Shown: positions 52,500 through 63,356 of the stretch, in pieces
Layout of the letters: the number at the start of each line of letters is the position of its first letter
How positions within the stretch are numbered: position 1 is the stretch's first letter
From: an uncultured Acidobacteriota bacterium
Lineage (GTDB): Bacteria > Acidobacteriota > Blastocatellia > RBC074
NCBI GenBank assembly: GCA_963796275.1
Contig: CAWCKY010000001.1
Span: forward strand, 1,120,001 to 1,184,000
Length of the DNA stretch: 64,000 nucleotides
Reading direction: 5' to 3'
Translations under genes and position numbers: made by a program
Notes under the pieces: model-generated
Told to the model about the DNA's origin: nothing
Databases searched by the model: none
The model's input: the letters and a program-made list of their open reading frames with translations, nothing else

Positions 52500-52913
52500 A
52501 TGGACGTCGTCAGATATCTGATCATTCGGCTGGTATTATCGATTTTGAGCATCGGGCTCTTGTCTTCACAGATATGTAATGTAGTTTGTTTTCATTCGGA
52601 TCGCCCTGAGTCGACAAGGATAAAAAGCCCGAAGCAAAGTCAAAATACCGGTCATTGCCATGGTGATCATCAACAACCGAAAAAAGAGCAGCAGAATAGT
52701 TCACATGATTGTCCAAAACATTATGATCTCGTTTCTATTCAGCCTGATTCACAGATAACGTCCGATCTCTTACAACAGAATTTCATTCAGGGTTGGGAGA
52801 GCGCTCTAACCGCTTTTAGCGATTCACTGGCTTATCCAGCAACCAGAGCAAGGGATAGCGGTCTCTTCAGGCCACCTCCACATCGGCGCCTGCACTCGAT
52901 ACTACGTATTTAA
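52500..52913 (+). CDS. Small Cys/His-containing membrane-targeted protein ahead of the copper operon (DUF2946/CzcI-like)
   Basis: N-terminal hydrophobic helix, CNVVC, HCH, HDCPKH, C-terminal RPPP. Confidence 0.6.
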   Translation: MDVVRYLIIRLVLSILSIGLLSSQICNVVCFHSDRPESTRIKSPKQSQNTGHCHGDHQQPKKEQQNSSHDCPKHYDLVSIQPDSQITSDLLQQNFIQGWESALTAFSDSLAYPATRARDSGLFRPPPHRRLHSILRI

Positions 52914-53040
52914 TTTCCCCACCTTTGCAGCAAGGGAAAAAGGTCACAGAGAGTCCCAAATAGGCTGGACATCGTTTTCCAGGCGGATGGGACGTCTATG
53001 CTGCGGGTATTTTCTATTACAAAAGCAAGGGAATTATTTT

Positions 53041-54390
53041 ATGGACAAATACGGATCGTACGCATCGTGGCGTGCGGTGGCATATTTCATTTTCATATTA
53101 CTGCTCGCATTTTTTCTCGATCTGCCCGCAGCGAAATCAGCGATAGCTGCGACTCAGGCGCAAGCAGAGACTTTGATTCGGTTGGAGGACCTCGAGCAGA
53201 TGGCGTTGCAGGGAAATCCCACCCTCGCGCAGGCCGAGGCCGCCGTTCGGGCTGCTGAGGGACGGCGCGTTCAGGCAGGGCTCTTTCCCAATCCGATCAT
53301 GGGCTACTCGGGTGAGGAGCTTGCTCTACGCGCGATCGGCCAGAAAAGCGAACATCTCCTTTTCTTCGAGCAGTCTATTCCGCTTGGCGGTAAGCTTAAG
53401 AAGAGCCGCAATATTATCGTGCAGGAGAAGGCCCAGGCTGAGCATGATATGGCGGCACAGAGACAGCGAATCTTGAATGCCGTCCGGGTTCTTTATTATG
53501 AAGCGCTGGGAGCGCAACAGCTCGTTGAAGTTCGCGAACTGCTCGCACGACTCGCGGGGGAAGCCGTCGGCGTTACCGGCGAGCTGTTCAATGTCGGCCA
53601 GGCAGATCGCCCCGATCTGTTCCAGATCGAGATCGAGGCCCAAAGAGCGCAACTCGATCTTATTGTGGCTGAAAACGACCGCGATCAGGTTTGGCAGCAA
53701 CTGGCCGCCGTTGTCGGCAATCCCTTTCTCAAACGGTCTCGTTTGATGGGCGATCTCGAACGCGATTTGCCGGTGATAGACCAGGAAGCGATATTGGCCA
53801 AGCTTCTCAAGGACAGCCCGGAGATATTGCGAGCGCGCGCCGGCGCCGAACGCGCGAAGGCCGCGGTTACGCGCGCGAAAGCCGAGCCAGCTCCGGATTT
53901 GTTTGTGCGAATGGCTTTGGGCTACAACCTGGAACAGCTGGATAGCACAATCGTCTTGAATGGCCGGAGGACAGGACCTGAGGGGCAATTGGAGGTCGGC
54001 ATGCGGGTACCGATCTTCAATCGTAATCAGGGAGCGATAGCTGCGGCCGGCGCGGAGGTCGATGCGGCTGAGCGCGAAGTACTCCGTGTGGAGCTGATGC
54101 TGCGTGCCCGTTTTGCATCTGCGCTGCGGTCATATCAGAACGCTCTGCGCGTGACCGCCCAATATGAAAAGCAGATCATCCCGCGTGCGCAGCAGGCTTA
54201 TGATATGTATCTCGGCAGTTTCAAACAGATGGCTGCTGCCTACCCGCAGGTATTGATCGCGCAACGTACGCTCTTTCAAGTGCGCGCCGATTACATTAAG
54301 GCATTGGTCGACGCCTGGCAGAATGCAACCCAGATGCAGGGTTATCTTTTGATGGGAGGTCTCGCTGCGCCTGGCGATGCGGGGGAATGA
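53041..54390 (+). CDS. TolC/CzcC-family outer membrane efflux protein
   Basis: ALQGNP, AGLFPNP, PLGGK, PIFNRNQG. Confidence 0.9.
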   Translation: MDKYGSYASWRAVAYFIFILLLAFFLDLPAAKSAIAATQAQAETLIRLEDLEQMALQGNPTLAQAEAAVRAAEGRRVQAGLFPNPIMGYSGEELALRAIGQKSEHLLFFEQSIPLGGKLKKSRNIIVQEKAQAEHDMAAQRQRILNAVRVLYYEALGAQQLVEVRELLARLAGEAVGVTGELFNVGQADRPDLFQIEIEAQRAQLDLIVAENDRDQVWQQLAAVVGNPFLKRSRLMGDLERDLPVIDQEAILAKLLKDSPEILRARAGAERAKAAVTRAKAEPAPDLFVRMALGYNLEQLDSTIVLNGRRTGPEGQLEVGMRVPIFNRNQGAIAAAGAEVDAAEREVLRVELMLRARFASALRSYQNALRVTAQYEKQIIPRAQQAYDMYLGSFKQMAAAYPQVLIAQRTLFQVRADYIKALVDAWQNATQMQGYLLMGGLAAPGDAGE

Positions 54391-54395
54391 TGAAA

Positions 54396-54460
54396 GTTTT
54401 CAGTTTTGTAGCCTGATGGGGCCACCGAAAACTAAAGCTGAAAGCTGAAAACTGAAAACT
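54396..54460. repeat. Inverted heptamer array (CTGAAAA family)
   Basis: agttttcagtttt ... aaagctgaaagctgaaaactgaaaact. Confidence 0.65.
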
Positions 54461-54480
54461 ATTTTTCGGAGGAGAACGAA

Positions 54481-56004
54481 ATGAATTGGATGAGAAGGAA
54501 ATTTTTGCAAGGCTCTTCGGTGTTCGGCGCGGGGTGGTTGTTCGACCGCGCGGCCCTCGCCAAGCATCAGGGCGACCATCGCCACCACGGCCAGCCATCC
54601 AAACGGTCAAACGCAGCGAACGAGCTCGTTCCGGTGCAGACTCCTGATGTTCCTAAATTGCCCTATACGATGGAGAAAGGCGTCAAAGTCTTTCATCTGT
54701 CCGCGGAGGTCGTCGAATGCGAGTTCCTGCCGACGTCGCAGATAGGGCCGGCGCGCAAGGTTTTCGCGTGGGGCTACAGTGGAAGTGTTCCCGGGCCGGC
54801 GATTGAAGTAGTAGAGGGCGATCGCGTGCGAATCATCCTGCACAACAAACTCCCGGAATCGACAACGATCCACTGGCACGGGCTCGAAGTTCCGGTAGAG
54901 ATGGATGGAACCCCATACATCAGCCAGCCGATGATTGAACCGGGCGGCTCGTTCACCTATGAGTTCAACGTCAATCAACACGGGACCTTCTTTTATCACT
55001 CGCACGGCGCGATGCAGGAGATGATGGGTATGATCGGGCTCTTCATCATCCATCCCAAAAAGCCGCAGTCGCCCCGCGTTGATAAAGACTTCGGACTGAT
55101 ACTGCAGGAGTGGGCGATCCTGCCGAACAACCCGATCCCGAATACCATGGCGATGGAGTTCAACTGGCTGACGATCAACGGAAAAGCCGCACCCGCAACC
55201 ACGCCGCTGATCGTCAAGCTGGGTGAGCGCGTTCGACTTCGCCTGGTCAATCTCGGGATGGACCATCATCCGATGCACCTCCACGGCCATCAGTTCTATG
55301 TCACAGGGACTGAAGGCGGTCGTATACCCGAATCGGCTTGGTATCCCGGCAATACCGTCCTCGTCGGCGTGGCTCAGGCTCGCGATATCGAGTTCGAAGC
55401 GAAATATGTCGGCGACTGGATGGTACATTGCCATTTGCCTCACCATATGATGAACCAGATGGCTTCGATGGTCGGACCGATGGGGCACGCCGGTCATGGA
55501 ACGCAGACCGGTCTTGGTATGGAAGAGGGAATGGGGATATTGAGACAGGGCAATGCGTTGAGCGATGACTTCGGTCCCGGGTTCGGGCGTGGGATGGGGA
55601 TGGCATCGCAGGAGACAGCTACCTCAAATCTGGTAAACCAACAGAGTTCCGAGGGAACCGCGGGAGCTCAGGGGCAGCGGGTTTACTCCTGCCCAATGCA
55701 CCCCGAAGTGCGTTCCGAAAAGCCCGCCAGATGTCCGAAATGTGGAATGTCGCTGGTCATAAGACGGCTCGGCAGTGAAGAGAAGAAGCGCGTTCCGGGC
55801 TATCCTCAGGATATGATGATGATTATGGATGAGGCGGTAGCCAAGCCTGAGACCTGGGGGCTCGCGCCGGGTTGGACGGCTTCATTGATGGGAATGATGA
55901 CGCTCGTGCGAGTGCTGCCGGAAGACAAGTACAACGAAATAATGAAACGTATCAAAGAGGGAATAGTGGAAAAACCGCAGGCGAAACCTGCACATAAACA
56001 TTGA
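54481..56004 (+). CDS. Tat-exported two-domain multicopper oxidase with heavy-metal-binding domain
   Basis: RRKFL, HWHG, HSH, HPMHLH, HCHLPHHM; YSCPMHP..CPKCGM. Confidence 0.88.
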   Translation: MNWMRRKFLQGSSVFGAGWLFDRAALAKHQGDHRHHGQPSKRSNAANELVPVQTPDVPKLPYTMEKGVKVFHLSAEVVECEFLPTSQIGPARKVFAWGYSGSVPGPAIEVVEGDRVRIILHNKLPESTTIHWHGLEVPVEMDGTPYISQPMIEPGGSFTYEFNVNQHGTFFYHSHGAMQEMMGMIGLFIIHPKKPQSPRVDKDFGLILQEWAILPNNPIPNTMAMEFNWLTINGKAAPATTPLIVKLGERVRLRLVNLGMDHHPMHLHGHQFYVTGTEGGRIPESAWYPGNTVLVGVAQARDIEFEAKYVGDWMVHCHLPHHMMNQMASMVGPMGHAGHGTQTGLGMEEGMGILRQGNALSDDFGPGFGRGMGMASQETATSNLVNQQSSEGTAGAQGQRVYSCPMHPEVRSEKPARCPKCGMSLVIRRLGSEEKKRVPGYPQDMMMIMDEAVAKPETWGLAPGWTASLMGMMTLVRVLPEDKYNEIMKRIKEGIVEKPQAKPAHKH

Positions 56005-56028
56005 GAGTAGTTCGGAGAGATAGAGATA

Positions 56029-58395
56029 ATGAAGACTCACATTGATCCCATTTGCGGGATGACAGTAGATCCGGCAACTGCCGCCGGTAAATTCGATTTC
56101 GAGGGCAGGGAATATTACTTCTGCTGCACGAACTGCTTGCGCAAATTCAGCGCAGACCCGCGCTCTTATCTCAACAGACCGCAGGCCGGCGTGCAGATGT
56201 CCCCGCATCACTCAATGCAAACGCCTGTTCTGATCAGTCCTCGATCGCTCGCAATGCCCCATTCACCCGAGTCGCAACCGGGCCGGAAATATACCTGTCC
56301 GATGCATCCAGAGATAATGCGCGATGGGCCGGGAAGTTGCCCCATTTGTGGAATGGCGCTGGAACCGCTCACCGCCAGTCTCGATGACGAAGAAAATCCG
56401 GAGCAGATAGAAATGACGAGGCGCTTCTGGATCAGCCTTGTTCTGACGCTGCCCGTATTTTTCTTGGCGATGTCGGAAATGATTCCGGGGCAGCCGTTGC
56501 AGCATGCTCTCTCGCCGGAAGCGGTCAACTGGATCCAGTTCATACTCGCCACTCCGGTAGTGTTATGGGGCGGGTGGCCATTCTTCGAGCGGGGCTGGGC
56601 ATCGATCGTTAACGGCAGCCCCAATATGTTTACGCTTATTGCAATCGGAACGGGCGCCGCCTATTTCTACAGCGTCGTTGCAATCATTATCCCGGACCTG
56701 TTCCCGCAAGGGTTCCGCGGGCACGATGGCGAAATCTCCGTTTATTTCGAAGCCGCGGCAGTTATCACTACCCTGGTATTGCTCGGTCAGGTCTTGGAGT
56801 TGCGTGCCCGCAGCCAGACGAGCAGCGCATTGAAAAAACTGCTCGGGCTGGCTCCCAAGACTGCGCGTATCATACGACTAACGGGAGCCGAGGAGGATAT
56901 TCCGCTCGATCAGGTTCATCCCGACGACCAACTGCGCGTCCGGCCAGGCGAGAAGATTCCGGCCGACGGCGAGGTCGTCGACGGAGTCAGCAGCATCGAT
57001 GAATCGATGGTCACCGGCGAACCGATTCCGGTCGAGAAACGCTCCGGAAGCAAAGTTACCGGCGGCACGGTCAACGGAACGGGGAGTTTTGTTATGCGCG
57101 CGGAGCGCGTCGGAAGCGATACCTTGCTCGCACAGATCGTGCGTATGGTCGCAGAAGCTCAGCGCAGCCGCGCCTCCATTCAACGCCTGGCCGACGTCGT
57201 GTCGGGATATTTTGTCCCGGGCGTCGTGGCCGTTGCGGCGATTACCTTCGTCGTGTGGGCATTGGTGGGGCCGGAACCGCGATTGGCTTACGCGCTGGTC
57301 AACTCAGTCGCTGTTCTGATAATCGCCTGCCCCTGCGCGCTCGGGCTCGCCACACCGATGAGCATCATGGTCGGTACGGGACGTGGCGCGACCGCGGGGG
57401 TGCTCATCAAGAATGCGGAGGCTTTGGAGACGCTGGAAAAGGCCGATGTACTGGTGGTGGACAAGACCGGAACGCTCACTGAAGGGAGACCGCGGCTCGC
57501 TTCAATCGACGCCCAATCGGGATGGAGCGAAGAAGAGCTTCTAAATCTCGCCGCCAACCTCGAATGGGGCAGCGAACATCCGCTGGCAGGCGCGATAGTC
57601 GCTGCGGCGCAGGAAAGAGGATTTGTGCGGTCAGAGGCGAAAGGTTTTCAATCGTTCACCGGGAAAGGAGTTACGGGAAAGGTGAATGGCAAGGTCGTTT
57701 CAATCGGTAACAGGCGGTTGATGGATGACCTCTCGGTCCGTATAGATTCTGATGTATTGGTGGATAAACTGCGGCGGGATGGGCAGACGGTTATCTTCTT
57801 CTCCGTCGATGGCAGATTCGCAGGTCTGGTCGGTATAGCCGATCCGATCAAGGAGACAGCCAGGGAGGCGATCGCGGCTCTTCACGAAGAAGGGCTGCGG
57901 ATAGTGATGTTGACGGGCGACAACCGCACGACCGCAGATACAGTGGCTAGGCAACTCGGTATCGACGAAATAATCGCCGAAGTTTTACCGCAGCAAAAAA
58001 GCGATGTCATCAAGCGATTGCAAAGCGAAGGGAAAATTGTGGCGATGGCCGGCGACGGTATCAACGATGCTCCAGCGTTGGCGCAAGCCCACGTCGGGAT
58101 CGCGATGGGCACAGGTACTGATGTGGCGATGGAGAGCGCGGGTTTGACCCTCGTCAAGGGCGATCTGCGGGGCATTGCGCGTGCGCGGCGTCTCAGTCGC
58201 GGCACAATGCGAAATATAAGACAGAACCTGTTCCTGGCATTTATCTACAATATTATCGGGATACCGGTTGCCGCAGGTTTGCTATATCCGGTGACAGGAT
58301 TGCTACTCAGTCCGATGATCGCCAGCGCTGCGATGACCTTCAGCTCGGTATCTGTCATCGCCAATGCGCTGAGACTGAAGAATCTGGAACTATGA
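56029..58395 (+). CDS. copA: Cu(I)/Ag(I) P1B-type ATPase with YHS and CPMHP domains
   Basis: [43 protein letters not shown]. Confidence 0.95.
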   Translation: MKTHIDPICGMTVDPATAAGKFDFEGREYYFCCTNCLRKFSADPRSYLNRPQAGVQMSPHHSMQTPVLISPRSLAMPHSPESQPGRKYTCPMHPEIMRDGPGSCPICGMALEPLTASLDDEENPEQIEMTRRFWISLVLTLPVFFLAMSEMIPGQPLQHALSPEAVNWIQFILATPVVLWGGWPFFERGWASIVNGSPNMFTLIAIGTGAAYFYSVVAIIIPDLFPQGFRGHDGEISVYFEAAAVITTLVLLGQVLELRARSQTSSALKKLLGLAPKTARIIRLTGAEEDIPLDQVHPDDQLRVRPGEKIPADGEVVDGVSSIDESMVTGEPIPVEKRSGSKVTGGTVNGTGSFVMRAERVGSDTLLAQIVRMVAEAQRSRASIQRLADVVSGYFVPGVVAVAAITFVVWALVGPEPRLAYALVNSVAVLIIACPCALGLATPMSIMVGTGRGATAGVLIKNAEALETLEKADVLVVDKTGTLTEGRPRLASIDAQSGWSEEELLNLAANLEWGSEHPLAGAIVAAAQERGFVRSEAKGFQSFTGKGVTGKVNGKVVSIGNRRLMDDLSVRIDSDVLVDKLRRDGQTVIFFSVDGRFAGLVGIADPIKETAREAIAALHEEGLRIVMLTGDNRTTADTVARQLGIDEIIAEVLPQQKSDVIKRLQSEGKIVAMAGDGINDAPALAQAHVGIAMGTGTDVAMESAGLTLVKGDLRGIARARRLSRGTMRNIRQNLFLAFIYNIIGIPVAAGLLYPVTGLLLSPMIASAAMTFSSVSVIANALRLKNLEL

Positions 58396-58480
58396 AGATG
58401 GGAGTACAGGGAATAGGAGATTTAAAAATATATGATGTATGCAGGTGGCTCCGTTCTCCTCGTTCCAGTCGCTCTCTCTA

Positions 58481-61088
58481 CTAAGGTGATGTGGCGGATA
58501 GCGCACAGCGGAAACCGTAGTAAAGGTTTGGCTCGGCGATCAGGTTAGATTCGTACGCCAGGCGGTAAGTCGCCGTGGCATATTCGGGCCGATTGACAAA
58601 GGACCCTCCGCGAAGCACCTTGCATCGGGTACATCCGGCAATCCGATAGGTGCTGCCCGGATACGGGGTGAAATCACTAGCGGTCCACTCCCAGGCATTA
58701 CCTGCCAGATCGAAGACGCCGAACGGACTTACGCCTTTCGGATAATTTTCAGCTTTGGTGAACTGCGCTGTTTCTCGCGCGATATTGGCCTTGTCTGGGC
58801 TGAACTTGTTGCCCCAGGGGTAAATCCGCTTATCAAATCCCCGAGCGGCAAATTCCCATTCTGCTTCCGTCGGTAAGCGTTTCCCCGCCCATTTCGCATA
58901 TTTCTGAGCGTCTTCCCACGAGACGCCAGTTACGGGCCATTCACCGGTTCCATTGGGGAACGTTCCATTCTTCCATACGCTGGGTGCACGATATCCGGTT
59001 GCTTTTACGAATTTTTGGTATTCTTCTCGTGTAACTTCATGTTTATCCATGAAAAATGGTGCGATATTTACTTGGTGGGCGGGGCTGTATGCATTTTCTT
59101 GACTAGCCTTACCGCGGCCCATCGTAAAAGCTCCGCCGGGAATGAAGACCATGTTTTCAGGGATGATTATCCCCGGGATCAACGGTTGAAGCGGTTGATC
59201 TAGCGGGATCGTTATCGTCTGTGTGATATCGCTATAGCCGGGTTTTGATACTTTTATCGTGTGCGCGCCGCTCTCCAATCCCTGGATGGTAATCTTCCCT
59301 TGATCATCGGTAATGTATTCGGACGTGTTGTCGAGTAATACCTTGCAATTCGGCAAGAGAGTTACGATCTCAATAGATTCTTTCTGCGATCGATTGTTAA
59401 ACAACAGCCAGGTCAGGAATGCATATGCCGCAAGGATAAACAACCCAACACCGACTAACAACACGAGCTTATGAGCGCGTTGTCTGAGAGGAATTGGGTT
59501 GGGGTCCTGGAGCGGCGGTAATTTTACGATTGAAGGAGACTTTACCGTACCGGGAAATTGCTCCGGCAGATTTTCGTCGAGAATGGGATGTGAGTCGATT
59601 TGAACTCTTCTCGGGCCATCGATTTTCCCATTGACAGCATCTATCTTGATCTCATTCACCGCCGCAACGTTTAGGTTGACCGGCGCATCTGCTCTCGAAC
59701 TCAGAACATGTATTTCCGCTTTTTGGTGCTCGCCCTTCAGCTCATCCTCGGGAAGAGACGCAACCGGATGGAGCGATACGAACTCTATGACTTCGTTCTG
59801 GAAATCGTGTACGGTCTCGACATCCTGCTTGTCGGAAAGTGCGGGTGGAAACATATCCACATCAGTCGCGATGGTTTCAGTGGAAGGCGATTCAAAGGCG
59901 GACGTATTTCCGACTTCTAGACCGTCGATTTCAACCTTGTCGCCCGTCAACTCCTGGGATACTGGCAGGGCGGGCGCATGCTCACGCTCCAGCTCCACCA
60001 CCAGAGCCAGCTTTTCGTGGGAATCCAGGGTTACTGATCTGTGCCAGTTGATATAGTTAGGGGCTTCAACTTCTATCAGGTATTTCCGAGGTATCAGATT
60101 ATCTTGACGCCAGGATCCGTCATGCGCCTGTCCTGCCAGTCTTCCGTTGAGATAAATCATAGTCGAAGAGATATCCTCTCCGCTGTCAAGGTCTATACAC
60201 CTCAATTCGAGGGCGCCGGGGGCGAAATTAACCGCCTTCTGGAATGCGCGCGCGAGAAGAATCGCGGATTGATAGCGGTCCTGCGGATTTTTAGCCATCG
60301 CTCTCAACACGACATCTTCGACCGCCTGGGGGATTTCGGGTCGATGCTCGCGCAATGGTCGGGGCGCATGAGAGCGATGCATATCGATCACCTGCGCCTC
60401 GGTCTCGCCTTCGAAGGGAACTCTCCCCGTCAGCATCTCGTAGAGCGTTACTCCCAGGCTGTAAATGTCGGTGCTCCTGTCGATTCGCCCGTTAGCCATT
60501 GTTTGCTCGGGCGATACGTAGTAGGAGCTTCCGAAAATACGCGTGTTGGTTCGCGATGAGGCGCTGAGAATTTTTGCGATGCCGAAGTCGAGGATGCGGA
60601 GCGACTCTTCGCCATTCTCCTCAGTCACGAGCATGATGTTGCCCGGTTTCAGGTCGCGGTGGACGACATTCTTATTGTGAGCGTAGGCGACCGCGTCGCA
60701 AATCAGCTCCAGCAGCGCATTCACTCGTTCGAGCGGGACCATGCCCATCTCTTTCAGCTCGGTCTCGAGCGTGCGGCCGTAGAGCAAATCCATGACCCAT
60801 GAAGGCCAGGCCGTCTTCGGTGATGTCGGCATCATTTACTTTGATGATCGAAGGATGATTGAGTGCGACCGTCTTTGTCGCTTCAGCAAAGAAATAACTC
60901 AAACTCTCCTGATCACCCATCCATAAATCGGGCCTCAGGACCTTAACGGCCACGACGGCTTTCGTGATCTCATGCTGCGCGCGATAGACTGCGCCCATCC
61001 CGCCGATGCCGACCAGTCCCTGAATTTGATATCTTTTGAGATTCGTCCCGACCAGTTTGTAAGGATCGCGTATCGACTGATTTTCCAT
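58481..61088 (-). CDS. Ser/Thr kinase - PEGA-like - TM - FGE-sulfatase domain protein, split by a +1 frameshift near 60797
   Basis: GIGGMGAVY, AVK (first frame); HRDLKPGN, DFG, RLPTEAEWE, GNAWEW, GFRCA (second frame); one extra G in atgggtc. Confidence 0.88.
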
Positions 61089-61360
61089 TGTCTACTGCCG
61101 TGATCTCATGAGTTGGTGCTGTGGGCGATTAGAGTTCAAATGATCTGGGATTTCTCTCGGAGCGCCCCTATTATGGAAAAGCTCAGGGTGAATTCGCAAG
61201 TCTGATACTACAACAAGACACTTCTTGCTTATCTTTTTGTAATAGAATCGAAAAAATGCTGAATGGTCGATTTAAAGATGTATAATATTAAAGCAGGGTG
61301 CCAATGGGCCATATGCATATTAACAATGCATTCATTATAGGCCGGGGAGAGGTGATCTAT

Positions 61361-61855
61361 TCAGAATCCGAGTGGCGCACCTATGGGAGATGGGGTGAAA
61401 TCTTCATTTTGTTCTACTTGTTCGTCCTGCCGTCCGATTGGCTCCCGGGATTGCCACCTGATGTATTGGGATGAGACCTCTCTCAACCGCTGATCGACCT
61501 CCAGTGATAGATGAACTTTGATGGTTCCGTCTGAACTGACTTTCAATTCGGCGGGATCATCTTCATCGCTTCTCATAGATTTGTTCCTGGCGACGGCATA
61601 TTTCACGTCGGGGGCATATCGTTCAAGCCACCGACTGACTTCGGGATGGGGAAGATCGAGGCCGTATTGTTGCCACAAAAGAGCCATCAATACAGTATTG
61701 GTCGGCACAGTCTTGCCCTCAGACCCGCCAGGCATTTCGAGCATGACCGGAAGTTCGCCTGCAATTGTGGGAACATCGCACCGGTCCCCGAACAGAGTGT
61801 GGTTGAACGTCTTGGCGGTGATTTTCCAATTGTTACCAGCAAGCAGCATTCTCAT
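61361..61855 (-). CDS. Hypothetical protein
   Basis: 164-aa ORF, GC higher than the flanking intergenic DNA; no recognised motif. Confidence 0.6.
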   Translation of the reverse strand: MRMLLAGNNWKITAKTFNHTLFGDRCDVPTIAGELPVMLEMPGGSEGKTVPTNTVLMALLWQQYGLDLPHPEVSRWLERYAPDVKYAVARNKSMRSDEDDPAELKVSSDGTIKVHLSLEVDQRLREVSSQYIRWQSREPIGRQDEQVEQNEDFTPSPIGAPLGF

Positions 61856-62623
61856 AACTCAACCTTGTTATTAGACTAACTAGTTGTTAACAGGTAATTG
61901 TTTGAAAACTAACGTTCAGGCTGGGGGATAGTATTACTATGACCGCAGAAATGTAGCTACAGCTAGAGGTACCCGAGAGTATGGGTATATTGTTATTACT
62001 ATTAGCACCAAAAGCCCAGGTGCTGACATAAATCACCTACCCTGGGCTTTACCCAGACATATGACACGGGATTGAGACTACAAGATATCGTTTATGCTAG
62101 GACACCAATGTTACTGTGCTTTACTAACATCTTGCCAGTTGACACACCTTCTACCGCCCACATGATATCGGGTGTGACAACTTGGCAAGATGAGTGGTCT
62201 TGACGACTCAGCGCAATTGCGGTTGCGCCAAGCAATCAAGAATTTCTGGGGGTCAGGGTGAACTAACCGAAATTTAAACGCTTTGAGCGCTTATTCACTC
62301 CCTCGCACTCCTTAAATACAAATTCTGTGATGTATGTAATAACACTGGACTAAATCTATCTATCGATGAGATAGAATAGCCAATATCGAAAGTGATTAAT
62401 CACTGCGGGGGCACTTCGGGGCACGCTAAAATTACATAGCCATTTCTTAATCAAATCCGTCTTTCACTGTAAGGTGCGGGGGATGAGAGAATGTGTCGCG
62501 AGATTTTTTTGGATATAGAATCGTGATGCCTATCGAGTCAGAATTATGAGTTGCTGGCTGGGATACTGAAATACCAGTATCTGAGGTTCGTAGAAGCGTA
62601 AAGATTCGTCCGGTCATTATTTC

Positions 62624-62659
62624 GCAAGGAGGAGGGGAGTTTATCCTCCCCCGCCTTGC
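62624..62659. terminator. GC-rich hairpin downstream of the small secreted-protein gene
   Basis: gcaagg-a-gg-agggga...tcctccc-cc-g-ccttgc; no clear U-tract. Confidence 0.35.
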
Positions 62660-62759
62660 AGTATAGGTCAAGCACCGCTACGTTGGTTTCAAATGCGATC
62701 GAATAGATCGGGATATATGATTTTCGTGAAAAGATCGAAAGAGATGCTCTGCTTAACCG

Positions 62760-63038
62760 TTAATTTGGACAGTTGGAGGAAGCGGTTATAAGACCAATAA
62801 CTTGTGTTGTCCCGCAGAACACCCCAGTTTTCAGTCCAGCGAGAACGGCCGGAAGTAAGATATTAGGGGTGCAGGCATTGCCACTCGCATCGACTCTCCC
62901 GGAAATATTGGCATACACAATCCCCAATACCTTGGCCCTGATCGAGCAAGGAGAGCCTGGCGTGGCTGCAATGGCATTGATCGCTAAAAGTGACATTACT
63001 AACGCTACTTTGATAAAAAGTTTCTTCTTTCTGTTCAT
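62760..63038 (-). CDS. Small secreted hydrophobic protein with 4 Cys
   Basis: Basic N-terminus, hydrophobic core and AIA cleavage site; SD-like aaagg. Confidence 0.7.
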   Translation of the reverse strand: MNRKKKLFIKVALVMSLLAINAIAATPGSPCSIRAKVLGIVYANISGRVDASGNACTPNILLPAVLAGLKTGVFCGTTQVIGLITASSNCPN

Positions 63039-63356
63039 TTCTAGCCTTTCTCTGTACCTGGTTTCGGTTTTGATGATCTTCCTAAACTGGATTGATCAAG
63101 AAATAAGAACGCAAATATGCAGAAACAGAAGAAGTAATAAATTTCGCCTCTTTTTGCAGATTTTACGATTTATTTCTATATGTCAATAAAGGTTAGGGCA
63201 CGTAGAGTGTGATCATCCGATTTGCGGCTTATATTTACCATATGTACCTTGCGATTACAATGATAAAGTAATTAAACAGAAATAGTTTTGCACCCATAGA
63301 GCCGCTCGGCCATTAACCCTCTAGCCAAACACTCGGCCACAAGTCTAGCTAGCCAT

